Assembly (NCBI GenBank): GCA_010093705.1
Contig: MU006105.1
Span: 163,960 to 227,959, forward strand
DNA: 64,000 nucleotides
Reading direction: 5' to 3'
DNA from: Patellaria atrata CBS 101060
Taxonomy: Eukaryota
Under the pieces are notes generated by a model. The model worked only from the letters and a program-made list of their open reading frames with translations. It was not told the origin of the DNA and did no database searches. Positions 51,547 to 64,000 of this stretch are shown here, one piece after another (positions within the stretch are counted from its first letter, which is position 1; the number at the start of each line of letters is the position of its first letter). The translations under genes and the position numbers were made by a program.

Positions 51547-53834
51547 ATGTCTAACGAGGATAGAGAGAGATCCGACAACTTTGCATCCACACTCTGCAAA
51601 CCATGTGAGGAGCATATGAGTAAGTTATTTGGAGAAAAACCGAGAAGTCAATGGAAAAAAACTGGCCCTGGGAAGCGCACATATGGTCCAGGGGATGCTA
51701 ACGTGACTACATTGCATGGCAACTATAAAGAGCTCTCTAATTGCTCTTGTCGCATGTGCAAACTCGTTGCTAGGGAATTGATGTACTTGGTAGATAAAGA
51801 TGGGAGGTTCAGATGGCCATCTCCTTCATCCTTTGATAAAGTGACACCCATTGTTGCGAACATTGTTTGGACGACATATATGAGTAAGCGACCCCCTGTA
51901 CCCAACTTACTTTTCAGGTATGGTACCGGGATTACAGATGGGGTTGAGTATAAGTCACCAATTCATCCACTGGCGGCAGATGAGAAAGAGATAATTCAGG
52001 GCGGCATTCTCTATAAAAACAGAGCAGAAGATCGTTTCGAGCCTGTGAAGAGATGGATTCAAAATTGTGTAAAAGATCACCCAGAGTGTCAACAACATGA
52101 AAAGAATGGCCAAATATTCTTTAGGCCTACAAGGTTATTGGATGTCGGAGACGTCCAAACCGGAAATGATCTCAAATTAGTCCATTCGAGTGAGATCCAA
52201 TGGGACTCGGTACCGGGGTCTGACTGGAATAGCGACTACCTGACTCTTAGCTACTGTTGGGGCAAGGACGGCAAGAATGCAATAACTACCAGGGAAAACC
52301 TCAAGGAGAGGTTGAACAGAATCATTTTTGAGAGTCTACCTAAGACTATCCAAGATGCCGTTGCTTTCACAAGAAAGGTGGGTGTACGTTATCTCTGGGT
52401 GGACGGTTTGTGTATTGTGAGTACGGCTAGTATTCTCCGTATAAACGCTTGGTTTTAACTATGCTTAAGATTCAGCCCACCGCTTCGGACAAAGGGGATT
52501 GGGAAAAAGAAGCACGGGTCATGGGCGAAGTTTACCAGAAATCTTTGTGCACAATTGCGGCGTGTATTGGTGATAGTTGCGACGGTAACCTTTTCACCCT
52601 AAGGAAAGCGGCTAAGATATGCCCTCAATCATGTTTGGTTGCCGAGAACAGTGAGATGGAACGAGGCATACACTTGAAACCACATTCAGGATATTGGTAT
52701 GCTAATGTAGAGACTTCAACTTTGAGCAAAAGAGGTTGGGTATTACAGGAACGGCTGCTTGCCCCTCGAACGGTATTTTGTACAAGAGATGGTTTCTTTT
52801 GGGAATGCAAGAAAATAAATAAGAGCGATGCCAACGATGAAAACCCCCCAACTTACTGGGACCAATGGGTTGCAACCCCAAAGTTAGCAGATCTAGTGAA
52901 AAACTGGAGATCGTTCGTAAAGGAGCGGGAATTTCCAGCTAGCGGTAAAATATCCACCAAGAAGTCATCTTTTATGCGTCAATGTTTCACAAGGAAAATT
53001 ACTAAACGAGAAGTCGTGGCCCGGCCATGGTATGAAATTGTATACAACTTCACACGAAGAGATTTAACCTATGCCACCGACCGTCTTCCGGCTGTTGCTG
53101 GCATTGCTAGTTCCCTTTCTGCATGGACTGGTGACAAGTATGCTGGCAACGCAGGCATTTGGCTTTCTGATCTCATCGGCGGATTAGCCTGGTACAGGGG
53201 GAACGGGAACTCTGAATCAACACGGCTCCAGAATGCCCCTTCGTGGTCATGGGCATCGGTCACCGCACCAATAGATACCTTGCTTAAGAGGACTGATCAT
53301 GTTACGAACATCGCTCAAGTGAATACGCAGAGAACAGTGACGACCACTCACCAGAATGGTGGGGTATCGGTACACCAGCTACACTTGCGTGGTCCTATAT
53401 GTTGGATCCGGATAAGGATGAAACCCATAGATGGGATATTCCGAGCTATTCACCACGTTCCAGGCTCAGCCCCACAACCCATCCCGGAAAAGCAATGGCC
53501 TAGATTTTCCAACCCTGCGAGTCGAAGTGCCGCTAGAGGAGCATCCGGATTAAAAGGAGCCTCGAATTCTTTTATACCTTTCGGGTATGATACAGAAGAT
53601 CACGAAGTCGTATTCGATGTTTCAACTGACAATCCCGAGATTGGCACTGAATTCATGTGTTTGGCGATAGTCCATGCAGGATTCTTGACTTCTGTTGCGC
53701 AGGTTTATCCAATGGCTCTGGTTCTGGCTCCAGTTGACGTAAAGAGAAAGGTTTACAAACGCATCGGCTGGTGCTTCATGTGGGCGGATATCCTTGAGGA
53801 GGATATTCGAGAAGATGAAATAGTCCTTGTTTAG
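51547..53834 (+). CDS. HET-domain (heterokaryon incompatibility) protein
   Basis: WIQNCVKDHPEC, PTRLLDV, YLTLSYCWG, LPKTIQDAV, YLWVDGLCIIQ, DWEKEARVMGEVY, LSKRGWVLQERLL, FWEC, DRLPAVAGIA, APSWSWAS, YKRIG; intron 52417-52469. Confidence 0.93.
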
Positions 53835-55451
53835 GAGTTGTCATTTGCTAAGAGGTATAACTGGAAAGAGTATCCATCATTCACGTTAGACGCGGCCAAA
53901 GATCAAGTCAATCCACACATAATGCTGATATTTGGCTGCGAGGATCAATGTAATACAGAGTCCTAAGTAACCGCTTGACTTACTCTTGCAGTATAACATG
54001 TGACAATGTCAAGAAGGAAAGAGAAGTGTAGGATGAAGAACAATAAGGTAGGAAAGAAGTAGTTGCGGTTAAAAGAAGCTGTATAAGGTAACAGGATGGA
54101 TTGGGTAATTCTAGCGCGATGCAGCACGGACAGCTTGGCACTCTCTGCCTTTACCTTAATTCTAAGGTAAAGATATATTATCATGACCAACAACTTCAAC
54201 AACATACTAAGGCAGCTTCTAGAGAATGTAGGTTTACGTTAATTTCCATAAAACTGATTTAACACAGCTGAGGTTAAGCAACTAGAATCCCAACGTTAAC
54301 CGTTCTCAATTCAACAGTTGTTACCCCTTTTGAGTCCAATTACAAGTACTGCTAGGACCATCGAACGGCGTCGAACTTGTAGTTGCTTAAATTATAGATG
54401 CCGAGTAATTATTCGACTGACGCAAGCCATTCGCTACAACAAGTAAACCTGTACTGTATACGTCGGGTCACATCTTCGTTTCGATGCCAGTAGTTCCTCC
54501 CCAGAGCCCGATTTATCGACGGAGTTTGTAGATTTCTGAGGTCCGCTATCACAAACCAATAATCAAGGGCACTCAAACCAGTCCGCTATCGAACATCAAG
54601 AGAAAGTACCAGGCCGTTTGATCCAATGTTGTTGTGCGGTCTCCTCACTATCGGCTATAAAATATAGAGCTGAGAATCGGATTCAGTTTCAAACCTGAGA
54701 GATGTTCTATTTGGGTGCTTCAATGTCTAATCTTTTCAGATCCGCTCCATTACCTTGAATATGGCGTCTTCAAACAACCTGAAAAGTGAATAATTCCACC
54801 GATCAAGAGATCATTCCCATTTACGGTGTCAGGACTACATAATCACTGACCACACTTTCAAAAGCCATACGTCGATTCCAAGGACTAGGCAACCAGTTCT
54901 GGCTGCGTTCAACGACATCGAAGAATTTCCTATTTAGGTAACCTCTACGCTAACCCAAAAGAGACAAGATCCTTATAGCACTTCAACTCCCCCATACTAC
55001 TCTTCGAACTACACTCGTTTAGGGGATACGGAAGGATTCAATTATATAAGTCAAATCCTTATTTCTTTATATCCGAACTGTGAAATTAGTTCGGTCCCAG
55101 ATAAATATCCCGATGTTGGCGACAGCAGTGAGGTTAAAGTTATCGCAGGGTTCCCCACACTATTAACGCAGATAGGTAGATCGGATCCCCAGGATCCCAT
55201 GTTCCTTTCATCTATAAGTATGAAAACAATGTACCATAATACATATGCGAGGGGAAAGACTATAAGTTCCAATTGAGCCAATTGGACAGAACTGCCGTTT
55301 TCCGTTTTCCGTTCCTGAGGATGTTAATCCAGGAACGGCACTTACGTCTCCCTTAACCAAGGATGATATATAATACTTTCGCAGCGCTTTCGAATTTGGG
55401 CTGAAAAAGTGATTCAGGAAATCCCAAAGATCTACTGACATCGAGAGCAAT

Positions 55452-56382
55452 ATGGTGTCCGGTAAAGCCTTGCTACTTGGTGTCACCCTCGCCGCGAGCG
55501 CCTCAGCACACTGTGGCCGGCAGACACTTAAACTCGCAACAGATGCATACATCTCTGCACAAACCAATGGCCGAAGTACTGTTTTAACCAACGCATTCGC
55601 CGCCCCCAACATGACCTATACCGAGAATGACGTCCCTCAAAATATCAATACCGGCGTCCTAATGCATCCTTTGAATTTAGCCCACAATCGGAGCATAATT
55701 GATGCCGAAGAATGCGCAACATTTACTGAGCTCATCGTCACGGATCCCTCGCACCCGTATGTCATTGGTACCAGAATGGTTTTCGCAAATCACGGTGCAA
55801 AGATTGTTACGATCGAGAGCATCGTGACAGATAAGGGTGACTGGGCATTCAACGCAACGGGGTACATGTACTGGAACTCGATGGAAACATGGGACCCCAT
55901 CCCAGCGGAAAAGAGAGACAGTAGAGCGGTTATCAAAGCGGCTGGAGATGCGTATTTCAACCGGTGGAACGACACGAGCGTCGAGATCCCGCTTGGAACA
56001 CCATGTGCTAGATTGGAGGGTGGAGCGTATACAGGAGCTAGAAATCTAACGGGGAATACGTGCAATCTAGGTATGTGTAATTAAACCTTCATATGATAGA
56101 ACTTGACTAATAGATCTAGGGGGCTTTCCTTCAAATATCGTCGTTACAAATCGCAGATACGTTGTTGACGAAGAGATGGGCGTCGTGGTCATCTTCATGG
56201 GTTTCCCAGGCCTAGATAGGTCAGTTCCACAAACACCGGCGCCTGATAGCCATATGTTCCGCGTACAAGGAGGTCTGGTCAGATATATCCACACCGTTTC
56301 AGCTTGCATCAATGACGGGTGTGGGATGAACGGAACAGGCATTCCTATGCGCATTAAACGTAGGAGGACAATCAGGCACTGA
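55452..56382 (+). CDS. Secreted protein of a conserved fungal family of unknown function
   Basis: Signal peptide MVSGKALLLGVTLAASASA, YTEN, CATFTELIV..HPYVIGT, GDWAFNA, CARLEGG, RRYVVDE, DSHMFRV; intron about 56072-56119; TATA-like tatataa near 55367. Confidence 0.85.
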
Positions 56383-57029
56383 TTAATACTAGCTTGGTTG
56401 ACTATATAGAACTGCGTTAGCAGGTAAATAACAAAGGTTCAATCACTTACGGGTGTACTAGTCATTGCTAAGTTCGGCATTTTCTTTTGGGTACATGCAG
56501 ACTTAGGATTATTCAGTCAAATACGCTGTTGTGCTCCTTACCCGTCTTAGAGTTCGATCGGAGGATAGTGTTACCTATTGTATATCAACCACCTCTTAAA
56601 TTTAAGGGAATCTTAAGAAATCTATTTGCACGGCAGATCCGGAAAGTCTGCAAATAGCAACGTTATAGTTCAGCGACGGAACTCTTCGATACGAAAATTT
56701 TCCTAAGAGCTGATTCATCTCCATCACATTGGGTTCATTTCATGAGACACTCCGCTGATCTTGCACTATGATCAGTGCGGGTCGGAGGATGCTACGGGTA
56801 TCCTAAGAATGATTGAACATTCGCATTGCTTTATTTCCTGAATCTTATGCTTTTAATTTCTCCCCTCATTAGTACTTTGCTTTGTACATAGGATTGTCTG
56901 TATACACAATCGGAACTTTTTCTCAAGCGTTCCTATTCTCCAAGGTTGCATTTTCCTTACAATCATGTCCGAACTCTTCTTTGACTTAAAGAGTATAGTA
57001 ACGCGGAGACATCTTTGGATGGGGGTTCC

Positions 57030-57995
57030 CTACATCACAACACAGGCGGAGTCTTCAATCTCGCTTTCCACATCCGCTTGCTGAGCTTTCCGGTAGGGAA
57101 GCTCCTACAAGACATTCCAAGAGACATGGCTCAATATTCCTGCCCTAGGGTTTTGAAACTCTCTTGTCATAACCTCTAAGCACTCTTCGTCTTCCTCAGA
57201 TAAGACTAGCATTGTGAGCCCGACTCTCTTACGATGTTGCCACTGCACATCTGTCCCGTATGCCCGCATCTATAGGGGTTTCTTCCTCTGTAATTCAGCT
57301 TCAATCTGTTCAAACAGCAGCATGAACCGCACCATAATCGAAACGTGGTTTATGCTAGACAATGGTCGCATCCCACAAACATCGCTGAAGATGTCGTATT
57401 TTAGACAGTCTAAGATCTGGCGCCTCGATATTTTTATCTCGCTACTGCTCTTTTTAACGCCATGTTTTATCTCAGCAGCTATACCATTGAGTTTAGCGGC
57501 CGGCATTGACTGACGTCCCCTGGGAAGAATCTGGTCAATATCTTTTGCCGTCTCATCGTTTTCCACAACATTAGTCATAAGTGATGAGAAGGACAGCATA
57601 TCCTCCTCACGGTAGAGTAGCAAATTCGACTTGTCCTTGAAAAGGCGATATGCGTTCGTGTTCAAGACAGTGTGAATACCACCATCAGTACGAGCAGCAA
57701 TCCGTAAAAGCTGTTTTTGCTCCAACTTAGCCCCTTGAGAGGTGACCTCTCCCGTTCGTGCAAGTGATGCCATTGGAGGATATTTCGGAGGGAATGCGCG
57801 GACATCACAATCCTTGCGAAACCAAATTTGGAAATCGAGACATTATCTCCATTCTCAAAATACCTAATCAGAACGCCGAGGAGAAAGGTCTGAGTAGAAT
57901 ATGTCTGGTGTATAGCACTATACCTTCCTCCAATGGAGCCATTCTTCGAGCCGAGCAAAAGCCCCAGCCAGAATATAGCATGAACCTGTCATGAC
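57030..57995 (-). pseudogene. 3' remnant of a fungal hypothetical gene ending in a CaaX motif
   Basis: SISKFGFARIVMSAHSLRNILQWHHL, then a frameshift, then ...LKYDIFSDVCG.RPLSSINH...KPL*MRAY...FQNPRAG..HVSWNVL*...EDSACVVM*. TAG stops at 57270 and 57105. Confidence 0.7.
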
Positions 57996-60367
57996 TCAAC
58001 CTCAGATGGAAGCTGAAAGGTATATTGCTGTATGTACATGAAGCTTAAACTTAGGGAAAGAAAGTGTTGAGACAGCATATGCTGTTCTACTAAAGTATAG
58101 TATGACTAAGCCGCTGGATCATCCAAGGCACTTTTACCTATAGGGTCTAACCCATGACAGAACCGAGGTGTTTCCACGTCTCATTCCCAGACACAATTAA
58201 AGCTCCGATATGGGTTGAGAGCTTCCCAGATCCAGAATATATGTAGTTGTTGGTTCTCGTCTATATATCTTGTCAAGAGTGAACGGGAGAAGCGGAACAG
58301 ACCTCGGCGCTTCATGGTTTACAGCCAAGTGAAATGAAGCGGAATGTGTTCTAAAACAGAAAATAAACGGCCCCGTTTTGTCTCAAGAACAAGAATTCCC
58401 AGAGATGCATTCAAAAAGCATCATCCCGAATATTATATAATCATTGCATCCGATGCTTCAGAAAGCACAGAAAATCCAATAATAAGTTATGCCACACAGC
58501 TGCCTCCCCAAGTGTTGAACATTTTCTGGATGGGAAAAGGAGAGTGTCCCAAATGAGCTCGTAGGTGTGTATTCCAGAAAAGGAGCAACCCGAATACGTG
58601 TAACACCTAAGGGGTATGGTTTCCTCCTGAAATTCAGCTCGAAGAGAGAAGCGCACAAACTTGAGATCTAATCCCCGTCTCTTGTCTGTAAATCCAACTC
58701 AGTATCGTAATATCCAGGAGAACAATGTGAGAAGACCCGAAAATGTGTGGAAACGCAATGCTCTAGACTGGATGTCGCAGTTACAGGGGCGGATACAGAA
58801 GTTGATTAACTGCCAGCATGCTTTCTTCCAAATAAAAGTCATGGCTACCGGCCGGGGAGTAAACTCTCAATCGTAGAGCCGTCACCACTGTATTGAATAG
58901 TTTGGTCAAGGACGCGAGCCCCGAAATGAAATCTGTGCAAACATTCTTATCGACGCACCAATTCTGCAAAATGTTCATGTTACCCCACAACTTTCCAATC
59001 ATTATCATTGTCATCGTTTCTGGACACGAGGTGCGAATGATGGAAGAGTATATCGGGTTTCTCCATCCTAGGACGTAGGATAGGGATCTAGACACGGGCA
59101 GGAATCAACCAAGCTGATTCTCTAGAACTACGCAACAAGGTTAACAACTGAGAGAAGGGTATGTTGAACGCTCTTTGCCCGTTGCTCGGTATTCTCAATA
59201 AGCGATATTAACTTCCTTCCAGAAATATAACCTCTTGACGGGTCCATTTCCTTGCTCTTTCACCAAAAGGTATACATATCACCCTTTTATCAGTAGTCGG
59301 AATGGGTAACTGTGCATTCACAAATGCTTTAAACGAAATATGAAACTTTGAATCTTAGAGAGCAGAGAAGAGACCCCCGAATAGATAGATATAAACTTCA
59401 CTATTCTTGGGTTCAACCACGGATACAGTGGCCGGACGGGTGGCGTCCTACTTCCTAATGGGTCAAAATCTGGGTAAGAGTCCAATACACGCAGTCGAGA
59501 GGAATCCAGCGTTTTCTAAGCGACAAATCGGAAAATTCCCAAATACGATCGATTGTGTGTGGACTTATGCATTCTGATCACTCGGTTACGAACGTTACGC
59601 TCGAACCGGTAGATTTAGCGCAAAAGAAAATCTTAACCACCCCAAACAAGAAGCAGGAACGTAGTTAATGTCACGATAGTACCAATATGTAGAAATGCGC
59701 CGTTGAAGGAGTTTCAACGACCAAGTTCCCCGTGCAGAATATTTCAAGATGACATATTTTGACGGCCAGTAAGTTCTTGGCAGCGTCTAAAAGGTAGCGT
59801 AGAGTGAAGACATGCTGTGTGAACTCTTCGTTTTATGATGGAAATGATTAGCAGAGGATAACAATTTCGTTTGTGTTCCAAAATTTCGAAAGGGAACCAA
59901 ACTCTTTTGACGGAAGCTCCACATTCCTTCGCCCGATGGTCTTGTTGTTAAATTCTTGCAGTATATCCTGTTCTCCTAATGATTGTAATCATTTGCTGCC
60001 CTTATGATCTGTTCCTCCAGGAATGAAATTGCGCATCACTCCCATTTCACAAGTTTTGTTCAACACCTAGCACAACCAGCAAACCATCAATGGATCGAGC
60101 ATTTTCCTCCATAATTGGCCCCGATATGATAGTTTCTCTGACCTGGCTCTTTTGCTCAACCAACACCCCGACGCAAAATCACACAAAATCAAAACCAACA
60201 AGAACGGCTAAAGCAATGAACATGCGAAGAAGGTATAGAAAAAGGGGACTGTTATTTTGACACCCCCTCTTGACTACATTAACACCCCCCCTAAAAAGGG
60301 AAAGAGACTAACATAAAGCGGCTGTCTAAAATTTCGTTATAAAGGGCGTGTAAAGCTAATATTTTAG

Positions 60368-60445
60368 AGCTAAAATATCAACCTTAGCATAGCTAAAATA
60401 TCAACCTTAGCATAGCTAAAATATCAACCTTAGCATAGCTAAAAT
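60368..60445. repeat. Perfect 23-bp tandem repeat, 3 copies plus partial
   Basis: AGCTAAAATATCAACCTTAGCAT x3 followed by AGCTAAAAT. Confidence 0.95.
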
Positions 60446-60484
60446 CAGGTATACACCTGTAAGATACTAGCTAAACTTAAGGTC

Positions 60485-60692
60485 CTATCTGACCGAGCAT
60501 AAATTTGAGCCGTATCTGGTGCGGTATCTGAGCGTGAATTTGAGTCAAGTCCGATGCCGTATCTGAGTACGTGTTTGAACGGACTCTAAGCACGTATCTG
60601 AGTACGTATCTGAGCACGTATCTGAGCAGGAATCTGAAGACGTATCTGAGCAAGAATCTGAGCATGAATCTAAGCTACCGGCATAGATTTGA
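60485..60692. repeat. Degenerate 12-bp tandem repeat (GTATCTGAGCAC-like)
   Basis: Recurring gtatctgagc/gaatctgagc units, best preserved at 60594-60675. Confidence 0.85.
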
Positions 60693-61200
60693 GGTAAAGC
60701 GTTGAAAACTGTAATAAAACGGAAGGAGACTCTCCTACTAGAGGGTAGGCATATAAGGTATACTTTATTTAACTTTCCCCTTTAGGTTAGTCTCTTTCCC
60801 TTTTTAAAAAGGGGGGTTAATGTAGTAAGGAGGGGGTGTCAACGTAAAAACGAGGGGGGGGGGGGGGGGGGGGGGGGTTCCCTCAAAATAAAAGTCCCCT
60901 GGAAAAATGATCTCAAAAAACATGACATATTGATTCCGTCAGGTTAAATATCGCAGTAGGGTTGTCTTAAGCCAAACAGCCACACGCGCCCGATTTCTTG
61001 TAAGTCCTCTTCCAGAGAGGATAATATTGAGATTTGAATCATTCTATGACATTCGGTAGCATAGGGACGAATATTGAGATTTAAGAGTAAATCCACTGAA
61101 CAGTGCCAGAATAAAAGGGGATAGTAAAGAAGAATACCTTCTTCTGGAGCAATCCAGAACATCCCAGTTAATCCAATGTTGATAATTACTGAGCTTGGGG

Positions 61201-61300
61201 NNNNNNNNNNNNNNNNNNNNNNNNNNNNNNNNNNNNNNNNNNNNNNNNNNNNNNNNNNNNNNNNNNNNNNNNNNNNNNNNNNNNNNNNNNNNNNNNNNNN
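61201..61300. other. Assembly gap (100 N)
   Basis: Run of 100 n characters. Confidence 1.
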
Positions 61301-64000
61301 AATCCAATGACCCGATGATCATGTAGCGGCTTGCCTGCTGGATTCTCCAAAACGGAGGAAATATACGATCCATGAGTTAGACGCAGAAGCAGCACCCCAA
61401 TGTGCTTTTTTTGCTGCTAGTATCATAAGTGATCTAAGATATCCCCATCCGCAATGATTTAGTCTTGAAAACGGGCATATAGCAGGGGAAAGACCAAACG
61501 AATGAACGTGATGAAATGATGTCAAAGGGACGGCCCGACAATCGAGGAAATCTTTTTCACTTTCTACAGAAGAGAATTGAACCATTTGGTCGACTTTCCA
61601 CGAATTTTCCTAATGCTGAAGGATCCGGACAGAAACCCAATGTTTCTCTGCACGCGTATTTTAGGACCTCAGCTCTACGATAGGAAGCGAAAGGCAAGGG
61701 AGAATACGTATTTGTGAGAGGAGAATGGACTGTTGACTATCTCACTGACCCAAGGCGATAAAATTGGTTCATTATAAGTGAATTAGGTCCCTACTAAATA
61801 CTATGCTGTATAAGGGGCAGTCAGTGGATTTTAGCTTGATTATGATCGAATTAGACCGAAAAGCAGAACTAATTGCGATCCCAGGGCGCATGTAAACAGA
61901 GAATACTCGAACGTTCTCTTACGGTTGCTGTTCGAGCACGGCTAGCCGGAAGGGCAATGATCGGGTTTTGCAAATCGCACTCCGTCTATTGCAGAGTCAT
62001 TCCAATCCGAGAAAGGAGAAAGCCAGAAAACGAGATTTGAGTCATATTCAGCAAGCTCTCAAAATCATCAATTTCATCCAGTTCACCCCCCTTCTCACGA
62101 ACACGTCGACTAGTTCCATGAGGAATCGAACTCTACTACGTAATATCTTGTGAGAGAAATTTCGCGCAACCGCCGGGTACTTAGCAGTGTCAGCAGATCC
62201 AGAGATTGGAAACGTCGGCATCGTTCGACTGAGGAGAAGAGCCATACTACATTATGCGACTCTCTCAAAATGGAATTTGATGAAGTTCAGACCAGTCTCC
62301 CGTCACCGGCGGAGAAATTCGTGAACGCGATCTGGACGCTTGTGGAAGTACAACAATACTGTGACTTGATGTAACCAAGATTCTGGTCTCATGCCCATTA
62401 CTCAAATGAGGGAAATAGCAATGCTATATCGTGTTTCTCCCAAGAAAAGGGCATCCGAGTCCGTATAGAAGTCTCTGATCAATGGGGGACAAGAATTGTC
62501 TCATTCCCGTGGGGTTTGTGTAAGTACAATAATGGAATCCAGAATTCGTTGCTCAACCAATTGTGATTGATCAAACCCCCGGAAGACGACAGGAAAACAT
62601 TTGAAGGAAACATTTCCCTCCAATGGATTTTAACCATTCTTTGTTCGGAAGTATACCACGGGATGGGTGCCAGGATATATCTGCTCGCCAATGCTTCTAG
62701 GAAAATGTGACCATATCCATGTAGTCATATCCACACCGGGGACGAAGAATTGAATAATTTATTCCCAATTTTATGTTGACATTATGTCTCTGCTAACGAG
62801 CATGGGTAGAACTGTGATAATTTATGTGGATAACAACATGAAGTCGAGAATGATACGGCCGTTGTTAAAGATCATCCAACGGAGAACAATGTTAGTGCAT
62901 ATCTTACATGCAGTTCCCCGTCTCCATCGATATATACCAGAGCGTGGGCGCCGGAATAGTCTCTTGACAATTTGGAGTAATAAAGAATAGGGAGTGGCAA
63001 TGTGAGAGTGGGAAGGACACGATCACGTTCCCAATCCTCTCTTCCGAATATAAATTTTGGCTCGTATATTGAGACACTGCCCACGGGGAATGGGTGATTG
63101 ACTCTCACTTTTCCAATTGTTCTTGTCAAATTTCATAATTTCTAAGATTATTCACCCCCTTTAGCTATCGAAATTGGTTGCGAAAGATCCGGCCAATAGC
63201 TTGTCCCATAAGAAACCGCAGGAGAGGGGAGTAAAGAATTCAACGTCCCATGAAGCACAGAAGAAGAAGGCCGGGAATGGTCATTATATCTTTCATATCA
63301 AATGCCTGAAAACACATCCTACTAGAAAGACCTTGCTCATTATGCGGGAGATAAGCCTGGACCATGCTGTAGTGACAAAACCCAGCAACGAATTCTGTTG
63401 TGATAGGATCTTAGTTATTGCTGGGCGATCGCAGATGATAACGTGTTGATAGGTTCACTATCTTCCTCCAGTTCTATCGGGGCTAGGAGGAAACCCCGAG
63501 TAGGTGCCCACATATCCAGCTACTAAAATCTAGCTCTGATTTCCATTTGTGTCTGAATTATGGTCGTGCCCGGTACCCAAAATCAAACCCGAGATGATCT
63601 CGCGATTCTTAGGACCTTATTTGACGCAATGGACTTTCGGGAAATGAGACATGGGTTTCCAGCGGGCTTGTCCCAAATCATGTTATTTTGTACTTCGGCA
63701 ATAGTAACACCCTGGCTGCAGAATGGACGCGTTGTGTGCGCTACAATATAGTGTGAGGCAATTCAGGGTCTGGAAATCCATATGAATACAAAGGAAAGGT
63801 GCAGAGACGCAATGGTAACTAGATGACATAACTTTTCTCGATGGCTGGAGGAGAATTGCTTGCGAGAATTTCAGAATCTCCACAATGTGGCGGAGCGAAC
63901 AAAATGGTCATAGGTCGTTGAGTCGTGGGATCAATCATCGACAATGTTTCGATATTAACGCAAAAATGATGTATTTTGATTATGTGGTAATGTCGCGAGC

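Larger units (their letters stand above)
60244..60899. mobile_element. Non-autonomous TIR DNA transposon (MITE-like), 656 bp
   Basis: Left GGGGACTGTTATTTTGA-CACCCCCTCTTGACTACATTAAC...AAAAAGGGAAAGAGACTAAC matches the reverse complement of 60777-60899. Flanks TAGAAAAA (60236-60243) and TGGAAAAA (60900-60907) form an 8-bp TSD with one mismatch. No transposase. Confidence 0.85.

Noticed and set aside
58300..60130. Possible decayed gene left of the MITE
   Set aside because: Fragments with many stops on both strands; I could not assign a frame or family.
60477..60665. ORF with (LRYV)n repeats
   Set aside because: Translation of the 12-bp tandem repeat inside the MITE.
61950..63130. Plus-strand remnant with a Walker-B-like RTVIIYVD (NACHT pseudogene?)
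   Set aside because: No Walker A found and several stops and frameshifts; needs BLASTX to support.

Overview
Eukaryotic DNA from a filamentous ascomycete (Pezizomycotina): short GT-AG introns with CTRAC branch points and typical fungal genes. From 0.3-49 kb it is mostly a gene-dense core region: Tda10-like kinase, CE16/GDSL esterase, LaeA-like methyltransferase, thymidylate synthase, a probable augmin HAUS3-like gene, an orphan ORF, DHA1 MFS transporter, Rtr1, Bbc1, Mrp51, tRNA-guanine transglycosylase, Ifa38, Erg28, Gal7, Yip4-like, Yrb2-like, a MOSC-reductase-ferredoxin fusion and a laccase. From about 49 kb it becomes an accessory-like compartment: two decayed pseudogenes, an intact HET-domain gene, a secreted protein, a non-autonomous TIR element with internal tandem arrays and an assembly gap. 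Most notable: (i) the thymidylate synthase/HAUS3-like divergent pair shares a 171-bp promoter with MCB boxes and is bracketed by two different degenerate tandem arrays (55-bp and about 46-bp units); (ii) a self-sufficient-looking MOSC molybdoenzyme fusion; (iii) a 10-nt microexon carrying the TGT catalytic DSGG motif; (iv) a MITE-like element with an 8-bp TSD. All family calls come from motif recognition by eye; no database search was run.
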